Source of the DNA: an uncultured virus (IMG/VR IMGVR_UViG_3300033066_001354)
Taxonomy: Duplodnaviria; Heunggongvirae; Uroviricota; Caudoviricetes
Direction: 5' to 3' (one strand)
IMG/VR virus record: IMGVR_UViG_3300033066_001354
DNA: 40,580 nt
Shown here: positions 1 through 9,695 of the stretch, piece by piece
Layout of the letters: every line of letters starts with the position of its first letter
Position numbering within the stretch: the first letter of the stretch is position 1
The notes under the pieces: model-generated
Told to the model about the DNA's origin: nothing
Database searches by the model: none
The model's input: the letters and a program-made list of their open reading frames with translations, nothing else
Program-made: the position numbers and the translations under genes

Positions 1-11
1 GAGCCAGAACT

Positions 12-638
12 ATGAGTTTTAACGTTTCAGAGTTTATAAGCGAGTCTAATTTAATCGACCCGCAACCTTCGTTCGACGAGACTTACATCATTCCTGGTTC
101 CAAACCTGGAGAACCGTTGTACGACAACCACTTAAGGGCATATGAACTGGCTCTTGAAAAAATCGTCACACTTTTGACGGCATCTGACGTTCTCGACATC
201 CATAGGGAGCTTACACGTGGGATTGATTTTTTTGAGTATACAGGCATGTCTGGTCGCTGGCGCAAAGTGAACGTCCACATCAGGAACACTGACATCACTT
301 TTGCACCGTCCTACATGGTACACTGGCTGATGAACGATGTTTGGACACCGTTTTACGCAGACTGCATCAAAGAGGCTGAAAACGCGGACGATGAGACAAA
401 AGAGCGGTTGGCGTATGAAATCCACGACGTGTTCGAATGTATCCATCCTTTCATTGACGGAAACGGCCGAACAGGGCGTGTTCTTTTGAACGCGGCAAGA
501 GTAAAAATGGGACTAAAACCAATCGTAATCTTGTATAAAGAAAGGCAGGAGTATTACTCTAAAATCAATGCCTTTAGAGCATCAAAATATGACACCATTG
601 TGTCCAAATACAACAAACATAAAGAGGCTTCGACATGA
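12..638 (+). CDS. Fic-domain protein (AMPylase family)
   Basis: Intact canonical Fic motif HPFIDGNGRTGR. Confidence 0.93.
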   Translation: MSFNVSEFISESNLIDPQPSFDETYIIPGSKPGEPLYDNHLRAYELALEKIVTLLTASDVLDIHRELTRGIDFFEYTGMSGRWRKVNVHIRNTDITFAPSYMVHWLMNDVWTPFYADCIKEAENADDETKERLAYEIHDVFECIHPFIDGNGRTGRVLLNAARVKMGLKPIVILYKERQEYYSKINAFRASKYDTIVSKYNKHKEAST

Positions 639-1339
639 CAACATATTACGTAACACCGTCCGACATTACGTTCCTTTGGAGCGACTGTCCCAAATGTTTC
701 TATCAGAAAGTCGTTCAAAAACGACCGCGCCCTGCTGGAATCTTTCCAAAAGTTTTCAACAAAATCGACAATGCGATGAAAAATTGCTACGTCGATAAAA
801 ACCTTCGAGAAATCAGCCCGGGTTTCCCAGACGCTGTGTTCAAATATCCAGAACAATGGGTACAGAGCAAACCACTAGTAATTACTGGCAAAGACATCCA
901 AATCGTTTTTCGCGGCAAGGTGGACGGCATTCTGGAGTATGCTGAGCTTGGTAGCGACGGGAAGCCTGTGTGTGGCGTGCCAGACCTAAAAACTGCAATC
1001 GTAGACGATTCTGTCCTGCAACTTTATGGACTCGCGCTCCATACTTATTGCTACTGTCTTGAAAACCCAGCGCCTGGAGAATTTGCCGCCTCCAATGTCG
1101 AAAAACTTGGACTTATCGTCTTCGAACCCAATGACTTTGAGCACAACCCTGGAGAAGAACCCATGCTTCACGGAGAGCATCATTGGATTGAATTTGAAAA
1201 AGACATGGAATCGTTCAAGTCATGGATGAAGACTTTGGCCAAAGTTCTTAGTCAAGAGTCTCCGCCAGAAGCAACTGAAAGCTGCGCGTATTGCAACTAT
1301 TTCAACACGCCGACAGTGAATCAGTTGGTGAACGCCTAA
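635..1339 (+). CDS. PD-(D/E)xK nuclease, Cas4/RecB-like
   Basis: N-terminal CPKC, GKVD...DLKT catalytic pattern, QLY helix and C-terminal CAYC; ATGA overlap with the Fic gene. Confidence 0.8.
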   Translation: MTTYYVTPSDITFLWSDCPKCFYQKVVQKRPRPAGIFPKVFNKIDNAMKNCYVDKNLREISPGFPDAVFKYPEQWVQSKPLVITGKDIQIVFRGKVDGILEYAELGSDGKPVCGVPDLKTAIVDDSVLQLYGLALHTYCYCLENPAPGEFAASNVEKLGLIVFEPNDFEHNPGEEPMLHGEHHWIEFEKDMESFKSWMKTLAKVLSQESPPEATESCAYCNYFNTPTVNQLVNA

Positions 1340-1341
1340 CG

Positions 1342-1869
1342 ATGGAACGAAAAATCTATCGTGGCGAGAATATGTCGCTCTTGGTGTTGGGACGGGCACA
1401 CGTCAAGACCCAAGAGCACACCCCAGACGAGCCACACGTCCTTATTTCGATAACCGACCCTTATAACGGACAGGTGAGAGACGATTGCGGCCCAGCAGAG
1501 CTTTATCCGTCAGAACAAAGGCTTGACACTTTGAGGTTGGAATTTTTTGACATTGACGAACCTATCGGTAATTTGCCAATGATGACTGAAGAACAAGCTG
1601 AATCTGTCGTGGGCTTCATTAAAAAATGGCAGGACAAAATTAGTCTTATTGTCGTCCATTGTGAAGCTGGAATAGCGCGTTCGGCGGGCGTGGCGGCAGG
1701 GCTGTCTAAATGGCTTAACGGCGAAGATTCGTACTTTTACACAACTTTCAATCCGAACTCATGGGTGTACCACAAGGTTCTTTTCGCCGTTTATGGCGAC
1801 CCGTGGGTTGAATACAGGACAGAACAGACACAAGAAGATGAACATATCGAACCGCCATTTTTTTCTTGA
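1342..1869 (+). CDS. Protein-tyrosine/dual-specificity phosphatase family protein
   Basis: CX5R P-loop VHCEAGIARS; ATG 1342 follows the upstream stop (1372 is an alternative start). Confidence 0.85.
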   Translation: MERKIYRGENMSLLVLGRAHVKTQEHTPDEPHVLISITDPYNGQVRDDCGPAELYPSEQRLDTLRLEFFDIDEPIGNLPMMTEEQAESVVGFIKKWQDKISLIVVHCEAGIARSAGVAAGLSKWLNGEDSYFYTTFNPNSWVYHKVLFAVYGDPWVEYRTEQTQEDEHIEPPFFS

Positions 1870-2428
1870 CAACACAATACTTGAAAAAGCTGGAGCTTTA
1901 CAGTATGGTCATTTTCTGCTGACAAGCGGAAGGCACAGTGACAGGTACATAGAAAAATTCAGGCTTTTAGAACAACCAGAACTTGTAAAGCAAGCCTGTC
2001 GCTTTTTGACTGCAAAATCCTCTTTTTGTCACAGACTTGATTTTGACTTAGTTGTGGGGCCAGCCACAGGAGGCATGATTGTGGCTTTCGCTATGGCAGA
2101 GCACAATTCGAAGAGCGCTGTGTATGTAGAACGAGAAAACGGACAAATGAAATTACGTCGCGGTGCTATGATACCGGAAAATTCCAAAGTTATGATTGTG
2201 GACGATGTTCTCACGACCGGGCTGTCTCTTCAAGAGGTCGAAAAAGTCGCCCTCGATTGTGGCGCTACAGTCGTAGGTGCCAGCGTACTTGTGGACAGGA
2301 GTGAAAAACCGATAGAGTTCTCCTTTCCGTATTTTTCCGCGTACCGTGTCGAAGCCGAATCTTTTGACGAGTCGGAGACACCAGAATGGCTTTTGAGCAC
2401 GCCAGTCACAAAGCCTGGAACAAGATGA
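1838..2428 (+). CDS. pyrE: Orotate phosphoribosyltransferase
   Basis: GHFLLTSGRHS N-terminal motif and PRPP-binding loop VMIVDDVLTTG; start uncertain (1793 or 1838). Confidence 0.92.
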   Translation: MNISNRHFFLDNTILEKAGALQYGHFLLTSGRHSDRYIEKFRLLEQPELVKQACRFLTAKSSFCHRLDFDLVVGPATGGMIVAFAMAEHNSKSAVYVERENGQMKLRRGAMIPENSKVMIVDDVLTTGLSLQEVEKVALDCGATVVGASVLVDRSEKPIEFSFPYFSAYRVEAESFDESETPEWLLSTPVTKPGTR

Positions 2429-2946
2429 GTCTTCTTTTCTTAGACATAGACGGCGTTCTGAACGACCACAGGACTTTGCCGAACGGTTACGCACAAATGA
2501 AGTACAAGTGCGTAAAAGAGTTTTGTAGAATTTTGGACACTTGCCCTGACACTGAAGTAATAGTGTCCTCGGCTTGGCGATACATGATGATTTCAGACCC
2601 ACCGTGCATCAATGAAAGAGGGTTGGAATATTTGATGTGCCTGTTCGGTGCTCCATACGGGTCTGTCAACGGTCGTATATGCGGCACTACGGCGTCTGAC
2701 GAAGAAGCGTGTCTGACGCTCGGCATTATGGATGACGGCGCTGAGTTGGACTATGAATGGCTTAAAGACAATGGCTGTCTTCTTCGACGAGAACAAATTG
2801 TCTCTTATGCCGATGGACGACCGTTCGTCGTGCTTGACGACCTGGACTTAAAAATGCCAGAACTCGTAAAGACTGACGGCAACGTGGGATTGACAAAAGC
2901 ACTCGCAGACAGGGTGATAAAAGCTTTACAGTCTATTCAAGACTAG
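2425..2946 (+). CDS. HAD-superfamily protein (phage RNA-repair-associated HAD type)
   Basis: LFLDIDGVLN motif I, SSAWR, and FVVLDD motif; ATGA overlap with pyrE. Confidence 0.82.
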   Translation: MSLLFLDIDGVLNDHRTLPNGYAQMKYKCVKEFCRILDTCPDTEVIVSSAWRYMMISDPPCINERGLEYLMCLFGAPYGSVNGRICGTTASDEEACLTLGIMDDGAELDYEWLKDNGCLLRREQIVSYADGRPFVVLDDLDLKMPELVKTDGNVGLTKALADRVIKALQSIQD

Positions 2947-3118
2947 GGCTAGATTTCTTGATTGGGACTGCTTTTTCAGCGTTTTTGAGTTCTATCGCCT
3001 TCATTGCATATTGATGGGCTTCGAGAGCAAGCCTTCCTGAAGCAATGTGTTCATGACGCACTTCTAGGAATTTCACCACAAGTCTGTCGTACAATTTTTC
3101 GTCTTGTTTATTCAACAT
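2933..3118 (-). CDS. Hypothetical protein
   Basis: Small ORF (MLNKQDEK...) coupled to the upstream minus-strand gene. Confidence 0.5.
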   Translation of the reverse strand: MLNKQDEKLYDRLVVKFLEVRHEHIASGRLALEAHQYAMKAIELKNAEKAVPIKKSSPSLE

Positions 3119-3386
3119 TGAGTTCTCCGTGCATGTTTGTGAAGGCTGGAGTCCCGTCGCCCATCCAAGCACCAAGACAGTTGAAGCTTAAATACTCCTC
3201 TGCCTCCTCTCGGTCGGCGCAACCTTTGGCAATCAAGATGTCGATACACTTTTGCCAATCATAGAGCAAGACCGAGTTCATGCCGAAACGCTCGACAATA
3301 CCTACCACGGCATTGTCAAAGTTGTCCATTTTTAGAGCCTCGTGGTTGATTTCTTCAATCAACTCTATGATTTCGCCTGACTTCAC
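3108..3386 (-). CDS. Conserved phage hypothetical protein
   Basis: MDNFDNAVVG...EEAEEYLSFNCLGAWMGDGTP resembles a widespread small phage protein; preceded by the TCCTCA-type promoter. Confidence 0.7.
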   Translation of the reverse strand: MKSGEIIELIEEINHEALKMDNFDNAVVGIVERFGMNSVLLYDWQKCIDILIAKGCADREEAEEYLSFNCLGAWMGDGTPAFTNMHGELNVE

Positions 3387-3422
3387 AGAAGTATAGCGGT
3401 TGAAACTTCGGTTTTGAGGATA

Positions 3423-4310
3423 TTATCCCACTTCAATGTCAGCGACAATGACTTCTTCATGGCTTGTGCTCCTACTCATGTGCGTCACTTGTCCGTTACC
3501 ATCAACAATGTTAGTCCTACCGTCAAAGTACATCCCTGGCTCAACCCACCCACACTGATACGGTCGCACTATAGAAAGCCCCGATTCTCTGGCGCGTTCT
3601 TTCTGCGGCATGTCTTTCACAATGTCGAACGGATATCCAGGGAAAGGTCTCCAGCCGCCAGAAGGAGCGCACACAAATTCTGCACCCTTCTCTTTTAAAG
3701 TTTTCACAACGTCTGTAAAATTCAAGTCGTAACAGACACAAACCCCTATGACGCCCTCAGATGTCGTTACAGGCTCGATAGTCTTTGAAGCCGAAAACCC
3801 CCAACTTTGCTCAATCGGCATCAAATGTGTCTTACCGGGCTCTCCAACAAGACTTCCGTCTTTGTCAAATACCATACTAATGTTTTCAAACCCGTTAGAA
3901 GTCCTTGTGTAAAGACTGCCAGCCACAATAACGACATCCAACTCTTTTGCGACTTTGGCAAATGTACGCTTCATTATCCGCTTATATTTAGATTGGGACA
4001 TCCATTCTCCCATTTTGTTCAACTTCACGACAGAGAAAAACCACTCGGTCAACTGGTCAATCCAGCTTCGCACGCCCATAGTCGCTACTACGCGGTGACG
4101 GGCGTTACCCCAGTACAAAGCCTCGACACGAGGTGCCTCTTTACACCATGACAGCCACATGCTAAGTCCTTCAGGGAACACTATGACTTTCGCGCCAGAC
4201 TGCTTGGCAATGTGACTAAGGTGGAAAACCTTTTTGTAAAAGTGAGACTCTGAGGCGCAAGACTCAGCGTTAGGCTGTATCGCCGCAACAGTAATCGAAC
4301 GTTTCATCAA
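3423..4310 (-). CDS. Carbon-nitrogen hydrolase (nitrilase superfamily)
   Basis: Glu-Lys-Cys triad contexts VIVFPE, GKTHL and VCVCYD. Confidence 0.88.
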   Translation of the reverse strand: MMKRSITVAAIQPNAESCASESHFYKKVFHLSHIAKQSGAKVIVFPEGLSMWLSWCKEAPRVEALYWGNARHRVVATMGVRSWIDQLTEWFFSVVKLNKMGEWMSQSKYKRIMKRTFAKVAKELDVVIVAGSLYTRTSNGFENISMVFDKDGSLVGEPGKTHLMPIEQSWGFSASKTIEPVTTSEGVIGVCVCYDLNFTDVVKTLKEKGAEFVCAPSGGWRPFPGYPFDIVKDMPQKERARESGLSIVRPYQCGWVEPGMYFDGRTNIVDGNGQVTHMSRSTSHEEVIVADIEVG

Positions 4311-4414
4311 AATTCACCGTCGTTACATTGTAACTTAAAATTCATTTTGTCCACACCAGTCAATACACCTGCTTTTGAAGGTGTACAACACTTAAGTACA
4401 GCACAGAATTATAT

Positions 4415-5710
4415 ATGAAAGTCTGCATCATAGGCGCTGGATATATTGGATTGACGACAGCGGCTTGTCTGGCTGAAATCGGGCATGAAGTCGTTTGTTG
4501 CGATAAAGACGAGCAAAGGATATCTCTTTTAAAAAAGGGGATAGTGCCAATACACGAGCCAGGGCTGGCAGAATTGGTAAAAAAGCACACCAAAAAAGAA
4601 AAAGAAAGCCTGTTCTTTTCACCTCATATCAAAGAGGCTGTCACATACTGCGATGTTGTTTACATGTGCGTCAACACCCCGGTATTGCCAGACGGCTCTC
4701 TGAACATGGCGAATATTTGGAACGTTTCACAGACGATTGGCGAGAACTTAAACGACTATAAGGTCATCGTGCAAAAATCCACAGTACCAATGGGGACTGC
4801 AAAAAAAGTAAGACAAATCATTGCCGCACACTGTCCAGAAAGCGTAGAGTTCGACGTGGCCGCTAACCCGGAGTTCCTTCGAGAAGGAAACGCCATCTTG
4901 GACTTTTTAAACGGAGACCGCATCGTAATCGGTTGCGAGTCTTGGCGCGGAAGTGAAAAACTTATCGAACTGTACGCCGCTTTACCGTCCAGGGTGATAC
5001 TCACAACGCTGGAATCGGCCGAAATGATTAAGTATGCCTCTAACGCGTTTCTAGCAATGAAAATTTCGTATATCAACTCGATTGCCAGAATATGTGAAAA
5101 AACTGGCGCAGACGTGAAAGAAGTGGCTATAGGAATGGGATGTGACCACAGGATAGGAGAAGAATTCCTTAACGCAGGGCTTGGATATGGCGGCAGTTGT
5201 TTCGGCAAAGACAATAACGCCTTGATTCACTTGTCCAGCAAACTTGGCTTTGATTTTGAAATTCTGAAAGCTGTCGAATCAATCAACAACCAGCAACCGA
5301 TTTACTTTGTTGAAAAATTGAAACAACGCCTTAAAGGGTTGAAGAAAAGGCGCATAGGCGTGCTGGGGCTTGCCTTCAAGCCGAACACAGACGACATCAG
5401 AGACGCAAGGGCCACCAGGCTGATACAAATTCTCAAACAAGAAGGTGCTATCGTCCAAGCCTATGACCCAAAAGCCATGAAAAACATGTCAGCCGTACAT
5501 TACGACATCACTTACTGCGGCTCGGCATATGAGGCGGCAAAAGATGCACACGCAGTTATCCTGGTGACAGAATGGAGCGAGTTTTTAAGCCTTGATTTTG
5601 AAATGCTCAAGGCTGTCATGAAATCACCAATCCTGTTTGACGGCAGAAACCTCTACGACCCAATAGAAATGAAGTCAAGCGGAATTGAATACTATGGACT
5701 TGGGCGCTGA
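4415..5710 (+). CDS. ugd: UDP-glucose/GDP-mannose dehydrogenase family (UDP-glucose 6-dehydrogenase)
   Basis: GAGYIG Rossmann motif, KSTVP, NPEFLREG, GYGGSCFGKD catalytic Cys, GLAFKPNTDD, DGRN. Confidence 0.96.
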   Translation: MKVCIIGAGYIGLTTAACLAEIGHEVVCCDKDEQRISLLKKGIVPIHEPGLAELVKKHTKKEKESLFFSPHIKEAVTYCDVVYMCVNTPVLPDGSLNMANIWNVSQTIGENLNDYKVIVQKSTVPMGTAKKVRQIIAAHCPESVEFDVAANPEFLREGNAILDFLNGDRIVIGCESWRGSEKLIELYAALPSRVILTTLESAEMIKYASNAFLAMKISYINSIARICEKTGADVKEVAIGMGCDHRIGEEFLNAGLGYGGSCFGKDNNALIHLSSKLGFDFEILKAVESINNQQPIYFVEKLKQRLKGLKKRRIGVLGLAFKPNTDDIRDARATRLIQILKQEGAIVQAYDPKAMKNMSAVHYDITYCGSAYEAAKDAHAVILVTEWSEFLSLDFEMLKAVMKSPILFDGRNLYDPIEMKSSGIEYYGLGR

Positions 5711-6034
5711 CTACTGTTGAGCGGGGGTTTGTTGTTGTTGTTGCACAGGCTGTGCGATAGAATTTTGTGCCGCCAATTGGTCAATTAAAGCTCTGCGTTC
5801 TTGATATTTGGCTTCAAGTTCTCCAAGAAGCCTGTTGTAAGCATTGACCGCAGCAGGCGACCAGTATTGCATGTTGCCAGGTTGTTGATACCTCAAATCG
5901 CCTATTTGCGTTTCAACAGAGCGGATTGTCTGCTGTTGTGCGTTCAACAGTTGCTCCCTTCGTGCGTATTCTGCGTCGTAGTGGCTACAACCAATCGCCA
6001 GTAAAGCCAATAACACCAATATAAGTTTCTTCAT
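5711..6034 (-). CDS. Putative lipoprotein, coiled-coil
   Basis: MKK + hydrophobic stretch + lipobox LAIGC; Q-rich tail. Confidence 0.7.
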   Translation of the reverse strand: MKKLILVLLALLAIGCSHYDAEYARREQLLNAQQQTIRSVETQIGDLRYQQPGNMQYWSPAAVNAYNRLLGELEAKYQERRALIDQLAAQNSIAQPVQQQQQTPAQQ

Positions 6035-6615
6035 TCTGTCTCTCCGTCAATTTCTTCGACAGGTTTTCGCACTCCAAGCGTGCCTGTCTGACTTTTGTCT
6101 ACTTGTGTAGCGACGACCAAACCCTTGTCGCCATTGAACACATATTCTACATGCTGCAACGCAGGCACATTAATTGTGTATTGCCCAGTGGCTTCATCTA
6201 TTCCAATAATGCGACCTTGATGTGTCCTCTCACCAAAATCAACATTTACAAAGTCACCAATGTTCTTTTTGGGAATAATACTGTTCTTCAACACCCATTC
6301 CTTGACCGCATCTCTGTGGGCTTGACTTAGGAACGAATAGTAAGAGTCTAACACACTTACCAAGTCCGAGTCGGACTCCCACATACAGGATTCCTCCAAA
6401 AGCCTAGCTAGCCTGTATCCGTCATAATCAAAGATGCTTCGTCGCTTGAACACTTTAATAAGTTCTTCAAGGACAGTCTCTCTTTCGTCGTACTCTCCAG
6501 AATCGGAAGAGGACGCTGTTATCCAGTCCCACACTGACGGGAACAAAAGTTTTACAGCAGCTTCAATAACCTCCGGGTCTCGGTCAGTGGGTCGTTTAAG
6601 CATGGTGAGTTTCAT
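6031..6615 (-). CDS. Hypothetical protein
   Basis: Long ORF in a coupled minus-strand operon. Confidence 0.65.
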   Translation of the reverse strand: MKLTMLKRPTDRDPEVIEAAVKLLFPSVWDWITASSSDSGEYDERETVLEELIKVFKRRSIFDYDGYRLARLLEESCMWESDSDLVSVLDSYYSFLSQAHRDAVKEWVLKNSIIPKKNIGDFVNVDFGERTHQGRIIGIDEATGQYTINVPALQHVEYVFNGDKGLVVATQVDKSQTGTLGVRKPVEEIDGETE

Positions 6616-7396
6616 ATTGTTTCTTTGCGTTGAGCAAGGCGTCGTACCCAAAAGAAGCTTTCAAATAGTCGAAAGCTTGAGTAGGCAAAAATTCGTCGTT
6701 TTCATCGCGGAGACCGCCTTCGGCGTCCCAGAACAGATGAGGCACTTTTGACAACACTGGAACCAAGTTCCCTATCGTACTTGCCTTTAAACCCCCAGCA
6801 ACTCCGACGCCATATGCCTTTTGTGACAAATGGGGCGTCAATGTCTCGACGGTCGTATCCGCGTCAAAAGCCTTTCCTCTGCCGCCAGACGGGTCGATAA
6901 GCAAATAGTCTATGACGCCAGCCTTTTGATACTCAGCCACCAAAGTTTTCAAAAGACCAGCGGTGGCTGCGGCAGAAGAATTTTCAAACCTGCGCATGGC
7001 ACTGCCGCTGCATTGAATCACAAACTTATAGCCCGGAAGCTCTTTCTTCACTTCTTTAAGCATCTCGATGTCTGGCCAGACCACGTTCAGTTGAAAACCG
7101 TGACAATGTTTTCCACCAATCTCGGCGGCGTCCAAAAGCTGTTTGGTCAATGTAGACTTATCGTCGGTGACATAGTGAATCATGTTCAAACAACGTTCGT
7201 CATCGACGAAAATGTCTTTGATTTTGTTATAACGAGGATAGCGGACTGGATATTTGTTAGTGCCGCCGTTAATCGTCTTCGAGGACAACAACACGCCCAC
7301 CATGAACAGGCGCTCGGCATCGCCAGGAACTGCCCGTAGACAATTCACAACTTGTGCCTGTTCTGTGAACCCTGTCACTCCAATGTACGGTTTCAT
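6596..7396 (-). CDS. TrpF-like (phosphoribosylanthranilate isomerase-like) TIM-barrel protein
   Basis: LLIDPSGGRG, GVAGGL and WDAEGGLRD resemble TrpF-type barrel motifs; true activity unknown. Confidence 0.6.
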   Translation of the reverse strand: MKPYIGVTGFTEQAQVVNCLRAVPGDAERLFMVGVLLSSKTINGGTNKYPVRYPRYNKIKDIFVDDERCLNMIHYVTDDKSTLTKQLLDAAEIGGKHCHGFQLNVVWPDIEMLKEVKKELPGYKFVIQCSGSAMRRFENSSAAATAGLLKTLVAEYQKAGVIDYLLIDPSGGRGKAFDADTTVETLTPHLSQKAYGVGVAGGLKASTIGNLVPVLSKVPHLFWDAEGGLRDENDEFLPTQAFDYLKASFGYDALLNAKKQYETHHA

Positions 7397-7434
7397 AAGC
7401 TTGTTATCATTCTACCTTATAAACGAAGTTTCGT

Positions 7435-8097
7435 CTACTTCTTCATGACCTCTGAGTCTTCAGGCTCTTCTTCTTCTTCTTCGTCACCAAGCGGCACGCG
7501 TATATTGTTGCAATACATCAGTTCTTGCAATTTTTGCATAGCCTCGGCAGCAAGCGAAGGACTGCCCATAAACTCCGCGTCTATGATTTCCCTTACGAGC
7601 AGAACAACTTTGTCGCCCACGTCGCTTTCCACACCGTCGTCACGGATACCATACTTCTTTAAGTCAATTTTGCTGAAGTCGATGCTGTCCAGATTCACGA
7701 CGTGTGTGCTGACGACTCTCGGTCGGCGGCAAAGCGTCACTTCAACAAGACTCTGCTTGTCCTTGGCGATTCCGACAGACCATCCGCAACCCATGTGCTT
7801 TTCTTTATAATCGTAAAGCGCCTCGGCACCATAGCGCGTGAGAGCGATATCGCCACATAAATTTTCACCGTCAACATCCAACTTGAACACATATCCGAAA
7901 AACGGCCAAGTGATAGGCTGATGCTCCAACAGTATCGGGATATAGTCAGAAAAATTGTGAGCCCATTGAAAAAACTGGTGTCGGTGGATAGCACCGAATT
8001 TGTCAGTGTAGTTACCCGTCTCGCAGATTTTTACATCACGCAAGGTCACAACAATCGGAGCCAAAAGTCCACAGGGTGGGACGGGTGTCAATTTCAT
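7435..8097 (-). CDS. Prohead-protease-like protein (HK97/Mu-I clan), tentative
   Basis: IPILLEH...GWSVGI...LVEVTLCRRP resembles the His/Ser motifs of phage maturation proteases. Confidence 0.45.
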   Translation of the reverse strand: MKLTPVPPCGLLAPIVVTLRDVKICETGNYTDKFGAIHRHQFFQWAHNFSDYIPILLEHQPITWPFFGYVFKLDVDGENLCGDIALTRYGAEALYDYKEKHMGCGWSVGIAKDKQSLVEVTLCRRPRVVSTHVVNLDSIDFSKIDLKKYGIRDDGVESDVGDKVVLLVREIIDAEFMGSPSLAAEAMQKLQELMYCNNIRVPLGDEEEEEEPEDSEVMKK

Positions 8098-8426
8098 ACT
8101 TTTAAGTGTCCAAGCGGTTGTTTAATGCTTTCAGAAAGAAGGTGCAAGTAGCGAAGGTTCTCTGTTTTAGCGATGACGGATGCCTCAGCCCGTGTCATTT
8201 CGACCAATTGTAGGGCGTCCTTCTTAGGGACGCTGAACCATGACTTACTGTCGTGGTGGGACAAGAAGCATGCGAGTCCCAAACCAGTGTCAGAGTAAGA
8301 AATTTTAGCCCACGACCCGTTAGAACACCTTGCCACAAAAAACTTGTCCGGGAATTGTTGTATCTCATCGACAATAGTGTCGTGGTCTCTTTTTAGCTTG
8401 CTGGTGATTTCAAAAGCATTGTTCAT
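8094..8426 (-). CDS. Hypothetical protein
   Basis: ORF with 4-nt overlaps on both sides. Confidence 0.6.
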   Translation of the reverse strand: MNNAFEITSKLKRDHDTIVDEIQQFPDKFFVARCSNGSWAKISYSDTGLGLACFLSHHDSKSWFSVPKKDALQLVEMTRAEASVIAKTENLRYLHLLSESIKQPLGHLKV

Positions 8427-9661
8427 TCTGCAACGTCCTTGACTAACTTAGCAAACCGTCTTTTACCGACTTTGATGTGTTTGCCAACAAGACTGCCTAC
8501 AGGCACGAAAGACATAGGGTCTTCTATCCTCGACCCGTCTATTTCAACCGCGCCCTCTCTTATTAGACGACGAGCCTCGCTGTTCGTTCGAGCCATGCCC
8601 AATTGTACCATCATCGCAGCCACACTTACATCTCCCTCGCCTAAAACAGACAAGTCTTTTTCGGGCGCGTGAAGTTTCCAGTCACGATTGGAAAAAGTCT
8701 CGCGAAAAGTCATTTCAGCGATGCACGCGGCAGTCTTGTTAAAGCATAGTTCTACAATTTTGGAAGCCAAGTCGTTTTTCTTGTCTTTGTTGTGAATTGA
8801 GGAAAAGGCAGGCACAAGACTAAAGGCGTCAAACCAATCGTCCATCGCTTCGTCAGAAATAGACATGACCTTGCCGAAAATGTCGGACGGACTGTCGCGC
8901 ACAGATATGAAATTGCCCAACGACTGAGACATCTTTTTTACACCGTCCAAACCAACGAGCAAGGGTGTGAGCACGACAGTCTGAGGCTTCATGCCTTGCG
9001 AAGACATGACGCTTCGCCCTAGCAAGCAGTTCAATCGCTGGTCGTTGCCGCCAAGCTCAACGTCACAATCCACGAACACAGAGTCACGAGCCTGTAAAAT
9101 TGGGTAGAGAGCTTCATGCGCACCGACAGGAACACCGCTCTTCAAACGAGACGAGAAGTCTCCGCGCTCCAAAATTTGAGCCACAGTGACAGTGGAGCAC
9201 ATAGAAATAAAATCGACGGCGGACATTTTGTCCCACCAAGATGAGTTCCACCTTACTTCAGTCTTGTCATTGTCCAAAAACTGCATAATTTGTGACAGGA
9301 CTTCATTGGCGTTTTTCTTCACTTCTTCGCGGGAAAGCTGTTTCCGAGTAGATGATTTGCCGCTTGGGTCGCCAATAGTGGCAGTCGCGTCACCAATCAC
9401 AAGAACGACAGTGTGACCAAGCGATTGAAGCTTTTTCAGGCGCAACAATGGTACCATCCACCCTAAATGGACTTCTGTGGCGGTGGGGTCGATACCGAAC
9501 TTGACGCGCAAGCTTTTGTCGGGGCGTGCCAAAGTTTTACTGAGCAACTCCTCCACTGGGCTGGCAGAGTCTGTCACGATAACACAATCGCTGAACACCT
9601 TCAAAAACTCACGCGCACGCTCTACTTCACTGGCGGCAACGCTGATTGAACTCACACCCAT
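8423..9661 (-). CDS. tyrS: Tyrosyl-tRNA synthetase
   Basis: VKFGIDPTA, HIGH-equivalent HLGW, YPILQARD, ELGGNDQ, KMSQS, and C-terminal S4 domain (SEARRLIREGAV...KVGKRRF). Confidence 0.96.
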   Translation of the reverse strand: MGVSSISVAASEVERAREFLKVFSDCVIVTDSASPVEELLSKTLARPDKSLRVKFGIDPTATEVHLGWMVPLLRLKKLQSLGHTVVLVIGDATATIGDPSGKSSTRKQLSREEVKKNANEVLSQIMQFLDNDKTEVRWNSSWWDKMSAVDFISMCSTVTVAQILERGDFSSRLKSGVPVGAHEALYPILQARDSVFVDCDVELGGNDQRLNCLLGRSVMSSQGMKPQTVVLTPLLVGLDGVKKMSQSLGNFISVRDSPSDIFGKVMSISDEAMDDWFDAFSLVPAFSSIHNKDKKNDLASKIVELCFNKTAACIAEMTFRETFSNRDWKLHAPEKDLSVLGEGDVSVAAMMVQLGMARTNSEARRLIREGAVEIDGSRIEDPMSFVPVGSLVGKHIKVGKRRFAKLVKDVAE

Positions 9662-9695
9662 CTATAGCGGGACAAAACAGTTTTGAGGAAAACAA

